A stretch of DNA of 25,927 bases, from contig JANMLN010000007.1 of the NCBI GenBank assembly GCA_031372565.1, positions 1-25,927 on the forward strand, read 5' to 3'. Numbering within the stretch: the stretch's first letter is position 1; each line of letters opens with the position of its first letter. The position numbers and the translations under genes are program-made. Below, one piece after another: positions 9,039-17,063 of this stretch. The notes beneath the pieces are model-generated. The model saw only the letters and a list, made by a program, of their open reading frames with translations. It was not told the origin of the DNA and did not search any database. This stretch comes from Gemmatimonadota bacterium. GTDB lineage: Bacteria; Gemmatimonadota; Gemmatimonadetes; Gemmatimonadales; Gemmatimonadaceae.

Positions 9039-9881
9039 CTAGTACGCCGGCGTGTCATCCCCCGCGAGCACGGTATCGGCGAACCGCGCTGCACGGAGCT
9101 GCCGCGGGTCCGGCGTTGGCGCCGAGAACAGGTAGTCCCCGTGATCGACGTCGAAGCGGTCCGCGATGATGGTGCTCACAACATCCTGCGGCACGGCGTC
9201 ATCACGATACGGCTTGGCGCCGAAGCGGCCGAGCGCACCGCCGGGGGAGTCCTTCCAGAAGAAGAGGAGTGACTGCACGAAGTCACCCACTGGATACGCC
9301 CACTTGAGGACGTTGTCGCGCTTGGAGCCGAGCACCGAGATGCGATTGGACCAGTCGGAGGCGGTGCGATAGGTGTCGGGGTCGCTCACGCTCCAGTCGT
9401 CCACGGCAGGGGCCATGACGCACACTTCGCGGATGCTGAACTTGGAGCGGTTCAGCGCATCGATGGCGCCGAAGACCACACGCGCGCCGAGCGAGTGGGA
9501 GACGAACGAGAGAGTGGTGCCAGAGCGGAGGACGCGATCCAGGTACGCGGTGAGCGCCTGGGCGGTGTCGTCGGCGTCGTTGCCTTCGAGTGGATAGCTC
9601 AAGAAGCTGAGCGGCCCAAGATTCACGTCGCCGGGCCAGAGCACGGCAACGACCGGCCCTGCGGGCAGTTGGCGGGTGAGGGCCGCGCAGAAGTCGCCGA
9701 GTGACTGCCGGCCGGCGGGGCGCGTGACGTTGAAGCCGTGCACGGCAATGGTGACGTGCTCGGCGATGAGGAGCTGGTCCTCGGCGGCCGTCGTGGAGAG
9801 GGTGCCGTCGCGATCGTAAGCGATGCCGTGGGTGACGGGACCACCGGCGTCGGCGTCGCGGAAGTCGAGGAAGAGGATCAC
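9039..9881 (-). CDS. Alpha/beta hydrolase (DUF900-like)
   Basis: VHGFNV, WPG, nucleophile elbow SHSLG, MAPAVD, D..L, C-terminal HGDY. Confidence 0.85.
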   Translation of the reverse strand: MILFLDFRDADAGGPVTHGIAYDRDGTLSTTAAEDQLLIAEHVTIAVHGFNVTRPAGRQSLGDFCAALTRQLPAGPVVAVLWPGDVNLGPLSFLSYPLEGNDADDTAQALTAYLDRVLRSGTTLSFVSHSLGARVVFGAIDALNRSKFSIREVCVMAPAVDDWSVSDPDTYRTASDWSNRISVLGSKRDNVLKWAYPVGDFVQSLLFFWKDSPGGALGRFGAKPYRDDAVPQDVVSTIIADRFDVDHGDYLFSAPTPDPRQLRAARFADTVLAGDDTPAY

Positions 9882-10525
9882 GCGCGCGCCTTGAGCGCTC
9901 GCGCCGCACTGTTCAGCCCCGACGCCAGATCCTTGGCGATGGGCGCGAAGGGCACAGCGGCGACGCCGATGATGAGGGCCCAGGACCAGTGGGGCTTGGG
10001 CTCATCCATGGCGAGGAAGGCACCGAGGGCCATCGCGAGCGAGGCGAACATGGCGAAGGTGCGTGCGGTGCCCGCGAAGTGGACCTTCGCGATGAGGAGG
10101 GCGGCGTCGATGCGCGCATCGGCGGCGAGCTCATAGCGGGCGAGGATGGCGCGCTCGGCGTCGGTGACGGGCTGCGCGGCGTCGCGCTTCTCGAGCACGG
10201 CGCGAAGTGCGGGGCCGTTGATGGTGCCGAGGAAGGCAGCGACGCGCTCGGCGTTGCTTGGGGTGAGGCCGACGCGGGCGCCCTGACGGAGCATGCGCGT
10301 GAGGTCGTCGTCGGAGCCCCGATAGCGATCCTCGATGGTCTCGCGCGCGGAGGGTCCGTGCGCGGCTTCGAGGGTGAGTGTGAGGGCGCCCAAGCGTGCC
10401 CAGAAGGTGGGGAAGCCCGCGAGTCCGACGGGTCGGGTCCACTTGAGGGCCTCGACGATCCCGAAGGCGGCGGTGCCGAGCGCGCCGGTGGCGAGAGTGA
10501 GGGTGGAGAGGTCGGGGGAGGGCAT
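9878..10525 (-). CDS. Hypothetical membrane protein (N-terminal hydrophobic segment and two C-terminal TM helices)
   Basis: ATG 10525 (MPSPDLSTLTLATGALGTAAFGIVEALK), hydrophobic C-terminus ending AVPFAPIAKDLAS; GTGA overlap with the hydrolase. Confidence 0.75.
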   Translation of the reverse strand: MPSPDLSTLTLATGALGTAAFGIVEALKWTRPVGLAGFPTFWARLGALTLTLEAAHGPSARETIEDRYRGSDDDLTRMLRQGARVGLTPSNAERVAAFLGTINGPALRAVLEKRDAAQPVTDAERAILARYELAADARIDAALLIAKVHFAGTARTFAMFASLAMALGAFLAMDEPKPHWSWALIIGVAAVPFAPIAKDLASGLNSAARALKARA

Positions 10526-10794
10526 GGGGGGCGGGGTGGGGGGGGTGCGGTGGTTCAAGGGTTGTGAGACGACGAGAGGTTTTGCAGAGACCGAACATAC
10601 CGACGAAGCGTGAGATAGCGTGAAGCGCCCACGGCTCGGCGACGTAGACGCCGCTCTCGCCGTCCACTTCAAAAGCTCGCGTCGCGCCCGCATCGGCCGT
10701 GCGTGGCGCACTTGGGACGATCATCGAAGGGCGTTCGAGGGCACCTGGGAGACGCCGCAGAGTGCGCGGCGAGCGCTGGTGCAGCTCGCCTGAG

Positions 10795-10985
10795 CACCCT
10801 ATTCTTCATGCAGCTGTAGGTGCTCTGGCAACTGGGAAAGCTCCAACGCGAGTCCAGTTGGGTATCCCGCGCGATGCTGCGCGAGGAGGCTCGAGGCCAG
10901 CCGATTCGGCTGAGCACCTCCGGGTGTGGGACGATGTCGCCACGCTCGCACGGGGAAGGTCGCGTACCCCCTCTGCACCTACAGC
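10795..10985 (+). ncRNA. Structured 173-nt element, copy 1 (core 10813-10985) with a conserved upstream -10-like box
   Basis: Terminal IR GCTGTAGGTGC/GCACCTACAGC, several internal hairpins, TATTCT at 10800-10805. A homologous copy lies 2089 bp downstream with structure-preserving changes. The repeat is certain; the RNA call is inferred. Confidence 0.65.
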
Positions 10986-10987
10986 GC

Positions 10988-11089
10988 CCGCCGCGCCCGC
11001 TGGCGGAGCTCGAGCAGGATATCCGGGCGATCGAAGGGGATATCGTGCGGATGCTGTCGGAGGTGACGGGTGGAAGCGTCTCGTCGTGA
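10988..11089 (+). pseudogene. hsdM: 3' stub of a type I R-M methyltransferase gene
   Basis: PPRPLAELEQDIRAIEGDIVRMLSEVTG* resembles the C-terminal helix of one HsdM subfamily (PPRPL.EI..DI...E.EI..ML.EV); nothing homologous upstream. Confidence 0.75.
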
Positions 11090-11092
11090 CGG

Positions 11093-11188
11093 CCAAGTGT
11101 CGGCACATGGCCGGAAGTGCCGACATTTGGCGTCCAGAAGTGTTACAATATGTCGGGGACTATGCATAACTACCGACGTTACGTAACA
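11093..11188 (+). promoter_or_regulatory. abiE promoter with two tandem inverted-repeat operators
   Basis: TGTCGG-N16-CCGACA (11098-11125, within a 13/14-bp IR at 11093-11130) and TGTCGG-N16-CCGACG (11151-11178, with outer arms TGTTAC/GTAACA). TACAAT at 11144-11149. Confidence 0.75.
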
Positions 11189-11196
11189 TCCCTCAA

Positions 11197-11808
11197 ATGA
11201 CACCACAGCCGACTCACGCACAGCTGAAGGCGCTTCGCGCGATTCGCCGACAGGGACTGGCGCGACCGCGCGAGCTCGCCCACCACGGCATCAACCGCGT
11301 CGAGCTTTCGCGCCTCGTCGACGCTGGCCTCGTCGAACGCGTTGCCCGGGGCGTGTACGTTGCCGCCGATCACGAATTCTCCGCCGATCTATCCGCCGCG
11401 ATTGTCGCGACCCGCGTGCCGTCGGCGGTCATCTGTCTGCTGACAGCGCTGCGTCTGCACGAGTTGACGACGCAACAACCCCACCAGGTGTGGATCGCCT
11501 TGGCCGAAAAGGCACGCCGGCCGCGGCTTGACTATCCGCGGCTGCGCGTCGCGCGGTTCTCTGGCCCTGCGCTCACCGAGGGGATCGAGACACGCCGCAT
11601 CGAAGGGGTGCCGGTTCGGCTGTATTCGGCCGCCAAGACCGTCGCTGACTGCTTCAAGTACCGGGACAAGATCGGCATCGACGTCGCCGTGGAGGCGCTG
11701 CACGACTATACGCGCAAGCACCGCGGCGGGGCGACCGCGCTCGCGCACTTTGCCCGCATCTGCCGCGTGACGCGCGTGATGCAACCCTATCTGGATTCGC
11801 TCCCGTGA
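11197..11808 (+). CDS. abiEi: Type IV TA antitoxin, AbiEi family
   Basis: N-terminal wHTH (L..G.VERVARGVY), ICLLTAL..HELTTQ.P, YSAAKTVADCFKYR; coupled to the downstream NTase. Confidence 0.92.
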   Translation: MTPQPTHAQLKALRAIRRQGLARPRELAHHGINRVELSRLVDAGLVERVARGVYVAADHEFSADLSAAIVATRVPSAVICLLTALRLHELTTQQPHQVWIALAEKARRPRLDYPRLRVARFSGPALTEGIETRRIEGVPVRLYSAAKTVADCFKYRDKIGIDVAVEALHDYTRKHRGGATALAHFARICRVTRVMQPYLDSLP

Positions 11809-12716
11809 GCGGCACGCCAAACGTCGCTGCGTCGGTGATGGCGCGACTGCTGAAGCGCGCAAAGTCGCGCGGCGAGGACTATCAGCTGCTCGTCACGGCG
11901 TATGCCTTCGAGCGGCTCCTCTATCGACTCGGGCAGTCGCCGGTGCGCGATCGCTTCGTGCTGAAGGGCGCCATGCTGTTGCGCCTCTGGTCGGAGCAAC
12001 CTTATCGCACCACGCGGGATCTCGATCTGCTGCGCCGTGGCGATGCGACGTTCGACGCCATCCGCAGTGACCTGCAGGTGATCCTCGCGACGCGCGTCCC
12101 GGACGATGGCATCACATTCGATACGGCCAGTCTGGTCCTCGAACACATCCGGGCCGACGAAGAGTACGCAGGGACGCGCGTTATCCTGTCGGCGCGGTGC
12201 GGAAAGGCGCGGCTGTCGCTGCAGGTCGACCTGGGCGTCGGTGACGCGACGTGGCCAGAACCGTTGGTGCGGCGATATCGGGCGCTGTTGGACGCGCCGG
12301 CCCCGGAGGTATTCGCCTACGAACGCGAGACGGTCGTCGCGGAGAAGCTCGAAGCGCTGGTGGTCCACGGCGATCGCAACAGCCGCATCAAGGACTTCTT
12401 CGACCTGCATATGCTCGCCACAACGTTCGCGTTCGATCGGCGCGAACTCGGCGAGTCGGTGCGACGCACATTCGCGCGCCGGCAAACGCCGATCCCCGAC
12501 GTGGCGCCGATCGGACTGACGCCAGCGTACTGGGAGAATCCATCGCGTCCGATGCAGGTGCGGGCGTTTGCCAGACGCGCGGGCCTCGCGGCCACTGCCG
12601 AGACGGGACGCGCACTCAACGGCGTGCTGTCGGCGTTCCTGCTGCCGGTGCTCGACGACGTTGCGGCAGGAGCGCCGCAGGCGGGAACGTGGGCACCGGG
12701 AGGGCCGTGGCGGTGA
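11805..12716 (+). CDS. abiEii: Type IV TA toxin, AbiEii/AbiGii nucleotidyltransferase
   Basis: FVLKGAMLL, R.TRDLDL, AEKLEA, NSRIKDFFDL motifs; GTGA overlap with abiEi. Confidence 0.93.
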   Translation: MSGTPNVAASVMARLLKRAKSRGEDYQLLVTAYAFERLLYRLGQSPVRDRFVLKGAMLLRLWSEQPYRTTRDLDLLRRGDATFDAIRSDLQVILATRVPDDGITFDTASLVLEHIRADEEYAGTRVILSARCGKARLSLQVDLGVGDATWPEPLVRRYRALLDAPAPEVFAYERETVVAEKLEALVVHGDRNSRIKDFFDLHMLATTFAFDRRELGESVRRTFARRQTPIPDVAPIGLTPAYWENPSRPMQVRAFARRAGLAATAETGRALNGVLSAFLLPVLDDVAAGAPQAGTWAPGGPWR

Positions 12717-12868
12717 ACGTGCGAGCATACACGCCGTACGCGGCGTACAAGGATTCGGGCGTGGAGTGGCTGGGAGAGATTCCGGTGGGGTCGGAGATGG
12801 CAAGGAGGTGGCGGGTCGGAAAGGCACGTCGTGGCGGCACGCCCTCGAAAGACGAGCCTGCGTACTGG
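12713..12868 (+). pseudogene. hsdS: 5' stub of a type I R-M specificity subunit gene
   Basis: GTG 12713 overlaps the abiEii stop. YAAYKDSGVEWLGEIP...GGTPSK...YW is the classic HsdS N-terminus. Homology stops after YW and the frame closes at 12901. Confidence 0.85.
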
Positions 12869-12883
12869 TGCGCACAGACAAGC

Positions 12884-13074
12884 CACCCTATCCTTCATTG
12901 AGCTGTAGGTGCTCTGGCAACTGGGAAAGCTCCAACGCGTGTCCAGTTGGGTAGTCGGCGTCCTTGTGGCGCCGGGTTCTCGAGGCCGGCTGAGATAACG
13001 CCGAGCACCTCCGGGCGTGGCGAGGGTGCCACGTTCGCACGGGGAAGGTCGCGTACCCCCTCTGCACCTACAGC
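12884..13074 (+). ncRNA. Structured 173-nt element, copy 2 (core 12902-13074)
   Basis: Same 11-bp terminal IR and same length as copy 1, TATCCT at 12889-12894, three hairpins with different sequence. Confidence 0.65.
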
Positions 13075-13236
13075 ATCCCCCATACTTGCAAACTGTACCT
13101 CCGATTCCGTAAGAACACCTGAAGTCGGTGTCTACGGAACCCGGCGCAGCCCACCCCAAGCAGGAAGTCGGGTCTGACAGTCTCGCCGCCGAGCCAACCT
13201 CGCGCGCGTGGTGCGCGCTCGTAGATTCTTCCCCAG

Positions 13237-16200
13237 ATGACCACGCATTTCCCGGCGGAGATCCCGGCTCGGCTGCGCGAGTTGGCGGAGAAGTGGCAGG
13301 ACCAGCAGGCCAACGAGCGCGCGTCGCTGCAGACGTACGTGCTCGAACTATGCGCGGCGCTCGGCGTCGAGCCTCCCTCTCCGCCCACGCCGAACTACCA
13401 GTTCGAGCGCGACGTGCAGGTTACGGAGCGCGACGGGTCGCTCACCACCAACTTCATCGACCTCTGGAAGGCGGACCACTTCGCCTTGGAGGGAAAGGCC
13501 CTGCTTGAGGCCGGCGCCGAGACGCGCGACCGCAGGCTCCGGCGGGCGTTCGGCCAGGTTCGCACCTACGTCGCGCATGTTTCGGGTACGCCTCCTCCGT
13601 TTTTGGTTGTGCTGGATGTCGCCCGAACACTCATCGTGTGGGACCGATGGAGTGGACGCTATGGTGACTATCAGGCCGGGCGGGTCATCCCGCTGCCCAA
13701 ATTGCACGAACGCCCCGACGACATCGCCCTCCTCCGCGACATGTGGATGGCGCCGGCGGAGCGCGACCCCCGCGCCAAGGCTCAGGCCGTGACCCAGGAC
13801 CTGGCCGGCCAGTTGGCGCGCTTCGCTGCGGCGCTGGAAGATCGCGGTCACGACGGCGAGAAGGTCGCGCGGTTCGTCATGCGTTGCGTCTTCTGCTGCT
13901 TTGCGGAAGACGTTGGGCTGTTGCGCGCGAACCTGTTTCGGCAGACGCTCGAAGCCGCCGCGCGGAAGGGCGACCCCAGCGAGTTCGCCGACGCGCTCAC
14001 GACGCTCTGGCGCACGATGGACACCGGCGGCCGCTTCGGCGCCGAGATCCTGAACCGGTTCAACGGGCACTTCTTCAAGACCGTCGAGGCGCTGCCGCTC
14101 GACAAGACCGACATGGCCTTGCTCATCGAGGCGTCCAAGGCTGACTGGTCCCAGGTGGAGCCCACCATCTTCGGCACCCTGCTCGTGCGGGCGCTCGACC
14201 CCGAGGAGCGCCACCGGTTGGGCGCCGAGTACACGCCGCGCACCTACATCGAGCGGCTCGTCCGTCCCACGGTGGAGGAGCCGATCCGCGAGCGGTGGAC
14301 GGCTGTGCAGGCCGATGTGCTGCAACTCGAGGAAGCCGCCGGCGTTCCTGATGGGAAGAAGCCGACCGCCGCACAGAAGAAGCAGCTCGACGCCGCCATG
14401 GCGCGTCTCCGCGACTTCCACGCGTGGATGCGCGGCCTCCACTTCCTCGATCCCGCCTGTGGCAGCGGCAACTTCCTGTACGTCACGATGGACATCGTGA
14501 AGCACATCGAGCTCGAAGTGCTCCGCGAGATCGCTCGGCTCTCCGGCGGGCAGGAGTCGGCTGTGCTCGACGAGGTGCACCCGCGCCAGTTCCACGGGAT
14601 CGAGATCAAGCCGTGGGCGCGCGAGATCGCCGAGCTGACGCTCTGGATCGGGTACCACCAGTGGTGGCGGGAGACGCATGGTGGGCGGACGCCACCGGAT
14701 CCGATTCTCGAGGACACGGGGACGATCGAGTGTCGGGATGCGGTGCTGGCGTGGGACAGCACGCGGCATGATCCGAGTCGCGATCGGCCGGATCCAACGC
14801 CGCGGATCAAGCATCCGGTGACGGGGGAGTTGGTGCCGGATCCGGCGGCGAGGATCCCTTACTTCGAGCGTGTCAACCCGCGTGTCGCAAGTTGGCCGAC
14901 GGCGGACTTTGTGATCGGGAATCCACCATACCTAGGTCAATCCCGCCAGCGAGCGGTGCTCGATGACGGGTACGTCGACGCACTGCGCAATGCGTATCCC
15001 GACCTTCCCGACACGGCGGACTTCGTTCTGTACTGGTGGCAGCGAGCGGCTCTGTTGGTGGCGGCGGGCGAACTCGGAGCGGCAGGACTGATCACCACCA
15101 ACTCGATCGCTCAAGGCCAGAATCGACTCGCGATTGAGCTAGCCATCGCGCGCGGTGCCAGCATCGTGTGGGTATGCGCCAATCACCCGTGGGTCGGTGA
15201 TGGCGACGCGGCGGCTGTGCGCGTTGCAATGACGGTCGTGACTCGCGGCGCTTCGCGAGCCGCACTCGTACACGTCGACGATGACGGACTGGTTGTATCG
15301 CAGCAGTACGTGGCCCGGATCCACTCCGATCTGACCGGCTTTGCTGACGTCGCGACTGCGAGCAGGCTTGTTCTTTGGGCCAATGCTGACTTGGCCCATG
15401 ACGGCGTCAAGCTACACGGTCGCGGCTTCCAGATATCGCCAGTCGAGGCGGCGGATCTCCTCAAGTCGGATGGCTCGCACGCTGCGGTGCTGCGCCCATT
15501 GCGCAACGGGCGCGATATTGCCGCACGCCCGCGAGGGGTTTACGCGATCGACTTTGGCCTAATGACCGAGTCCGAGGCTCGTGCGTATCCGGTCCTTTTC
15601 GATGTCGTGCGCGATCGCGTGCTTCCCACCCGCTTGGCAAATCGGAGCGAGAGTTACGCTCGCTACTGGTGGCGCTTTGGTAGGCCTCGGCCCGAGTGGC
15701 GCGTGGCCTCAGCTGGCCTTGCGCGCTTTATCGCGACAGTGGACACGTCTCCGCACCGCTATTTCGTATTCCTAGACGACACCGTTCTCGCGGACGATGG
15801 GCTGGTCCAGGTCGCGTCGGATGACGCCTACGTGCTTGGCGTCCTATCCTCGTTGATTCACCGTACATGGTCGATTGCGTCAGGTGGACGATTGGGAGTC
15901 GGCGACGATCCTCGATGGAACAAGTCGACGTGCTTTGACCCGTATCCGTTCCCGGCCGCGGGGTTGAAGCTGACCGCGTCAATTCGCGACGTGGCAACGC
16001 GCCTCGACGCGCACCGCACCGCCGCCCTCGCCCGCGACGAACGCGTCACCATGACCGGCATGTACAACGTCGTCGAGAAGCTCCGCTCCGGCGCCGCGCT
16101 CACACCTAAGGAGCGCAGCATCCACGAGATCGCCGCGTGCGGCGTCCTCAAGGACCTGCACGACGAACTCGACGTACTCGTCGCACAGGCCTACGGCTGG

Positions 16201-16605
16201 CCGTGGCCGATGCAGCGTGAGGAGATCCTCGAACGATTGGTCGCCCTTCACGACGAGCGCGTCGCCGAGGAGCAGCGCGGACTCGTGCGCTGGCTCCGCC
16301 CCGACTACCAGATCCCCCGATTCGGGAAAGACTTGGCCGCCGCGCCCGCCGAGTTCGACCTCCCCGCCTTCGTCCCTGCGTCGCCCACCCTGCAACCAGC
16401 CAAGTGGGCGCCCACCGCGGTGGAGCAACTGACCACGATCACCGCCCTGTTGGCCGAGCGCCCACGCACCTCCGCTGATCTGGTCGCGAGCTTCAGTGGG
16501 GCTCGGCCTCAGTTGATCGAGCGCCACCTCGAGACGCTCGCCCTGATGGGCGAGGTCACGCGCACACCGACGGGGCAGTTCGCGCTGGCCCAACGCGTCG
16601 GCTGA
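13237..16605 (+). CDS. MmeI-like type IIG/IIL restriction endonuclease-N6-adenine methyltransferase
   Basis: 1122 aa. N-terminal PD-(D/E)xK-like IDLWK...LEGK, FAEDVGLL, FNG.FF, IFGTL, GAEYTP, motif I DPACGSGNFL, motif IV GNPPY, and a TRD with VLSS.IH..W and CFDPYPFP. Confidence 0.92.
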   Translation: MTTHFPAEIPARLRELAEKWQDQQANERASLQTYVLELCAALGVEPPSPPTPNYQFERDVQVTERDGSLTTNFIDLWKADHFALEGKALLEAGAETRDRRLRRAFGQVRTYVAHVSGTPPPFLVVLDVARTLIVWDRWSGRYGDYQAGRVIPLPKLHERPDDIALLRDMWMAPAERDPRAKAQAVTQDLAGQLARFAAALEDRGHDGEKVARFVMRCVFCCFAEDVGLLRANLFRQTLEAAARKGDPSEFADALTTLWRTMDTGGRFGAEILNRFNGHFFKTVEALPLDKTDMALLIEASKADWSQVEPTIFGTLLVRALDPEERHRLGAEYTPRTYIERLVRPTVEEPIRERWTAVQADVLQLEEAAGVPDGKKPTAAQKKQLDAAMARLRDFHAWMRGLHFLDPACGSGNFLYVTMDIVKHIELEVLREIARLSGGQESAVLDEVHPRQFHGIEIKPWAREIAELTLWIGYHQWWRETHGGRTPPDPILEDTGTIECRDAVLAWDSTRHDPSRDRPDPTPRIKHPVTGELVPDPAARIPYFERVNPRVASWPTADFVIGNPPYLGQSRQRAVLDDGYVDALRNAYPDLPDTADFVLYWWQRAALLVAAGELGAAGLITTNSIAQGQNRLAIELAIARGASIVWVCANHPWVGDGDAAAVRVAMTVVTRGASRAALVHVDDDGLVVSQQYVARIHSDLTGFADVATASRLVLWANADLAHDGVKLHGRGFQISPVEAADLLKSDGSHAAVLRPLRNGRDIAARPRGVYAIDFGLMTESEARAYPVLFDVVRDRVLPTRLANRSESYARYWWRFGRPRPEWRVASAGLARFIATVDTSPHRYFVFLDDTVLADDGLVQVASDDAYVLGVLSSLIHRTWSIASGGRLGVGDDPRWNKSTCFDPYPFPAAGLKLTASIRDVATRLDAHRTAALARDERVTMTGMYNVVEKLRSGAALTPKERSIHEIAACGVLKDLHDELDVLVAQAYGWPWPMQREEILERLVALHDERVAEEQRGLVRWLRPDYQIPRFGKDLAAAPAEFDLPAFVPASPTLQPAKWAPTAVEQLTTITALLAERPRTSADLVASFSGARPQLIERHLETLALMGEVTRTPTGQFALAQRVG

Positions 16606-16616
16606 TCCGCGACAGC

Positions 16617-17063
16617 CTACCCCATCACCCACAGCTCAACTCGTCCGCGCGGCCGCACCTTCGACTTCAGTTCGCTTGGCGTTGGAGGGTAGAAGCGCGC
16701 AATCCACGGCCCCGTATCGTTCCGCGCAACGAAGCGCTCGATCAACTCGCGCGCGTCCGCCACGTGCGCAGCAAGCACCGGGAACGGGAGCTTGCTCACC
16801 AGCACAATGAGCCGCAGCGCCGAGGCCTCGACCGCTGCAACTTCGTTGGGCCGCCGTCGGATCTGCCGATCGTGCGTCAGCGCCACCCATCCGCGCTTAG
16901 CGACTTGAGGAATCCACTCCTCGTCTCGCGTGGTCGGGCCGAAATGGTCGTCATGTGATTCCACGGCGAACCCGGCCTCCCGAAGGGTGACGGGGAAGCC
17001 CCGGCCGAGATTTCGGTCGGAAAAGAAGGTCGTCGGTGGCGCGTCCCTACGCCGCTTGCTCGT
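16617..17063 (-). CDS. PIN-like toxin, VapC45/Rv2019-like (probable non-canonical start)
   Basis: In-frame FFSDRNLG...LREAG...HDDHF...DEEWI...GWVALTHDRQIR. The domain's first motif lies upstream of the first GTG (16964); candidate ACG start at 17063. Confidence 0.8.
   Translation of the reverse strand, partial: TSKRRRDAPPTTFFSDRNLGRGFPVTLREAGFAVESHDDHFGPTTRDEEWIPQVAKRGWVALTHDRQIRRRPNEVAAVEASALRLIVLVSKLPFPVLAAHVADARELIERFVARNDTGPWIARFYPPTPSELKSKVRPRGRVELWVMG

Noticed and set aside
10501..10550. G-run tract (possible G-quadruplex), also near 5650-5665
   Set aside because: These are C-rich leaders just upstream of minus-strand start codons; no independent evidence of G4 function
10620..10793. 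57-aa + strand ORF (VKRPRLGDVDAALAVHF...ALVQLA*) ending just before element 1
   Set aside because: Short, no recognisable motif or RBS; cannot be told from chance
10669..11169. Overlapping ORFs across element 1, and 12895-13177 across element 2
   Set aside because: Changes between copies include +2/-2 length shifts and preserve pairing rather than codons; only the HsdM-like tail is protein-like
10795..13074. CRISPR array, tRNA/att duplication or integron attC reading of the repeated element
   Set aside because: Only two long copies 2 kb apart, no cloverleaf, no RYYYAAC...GTTRRRY ends, and no cas or integrase gene in the window
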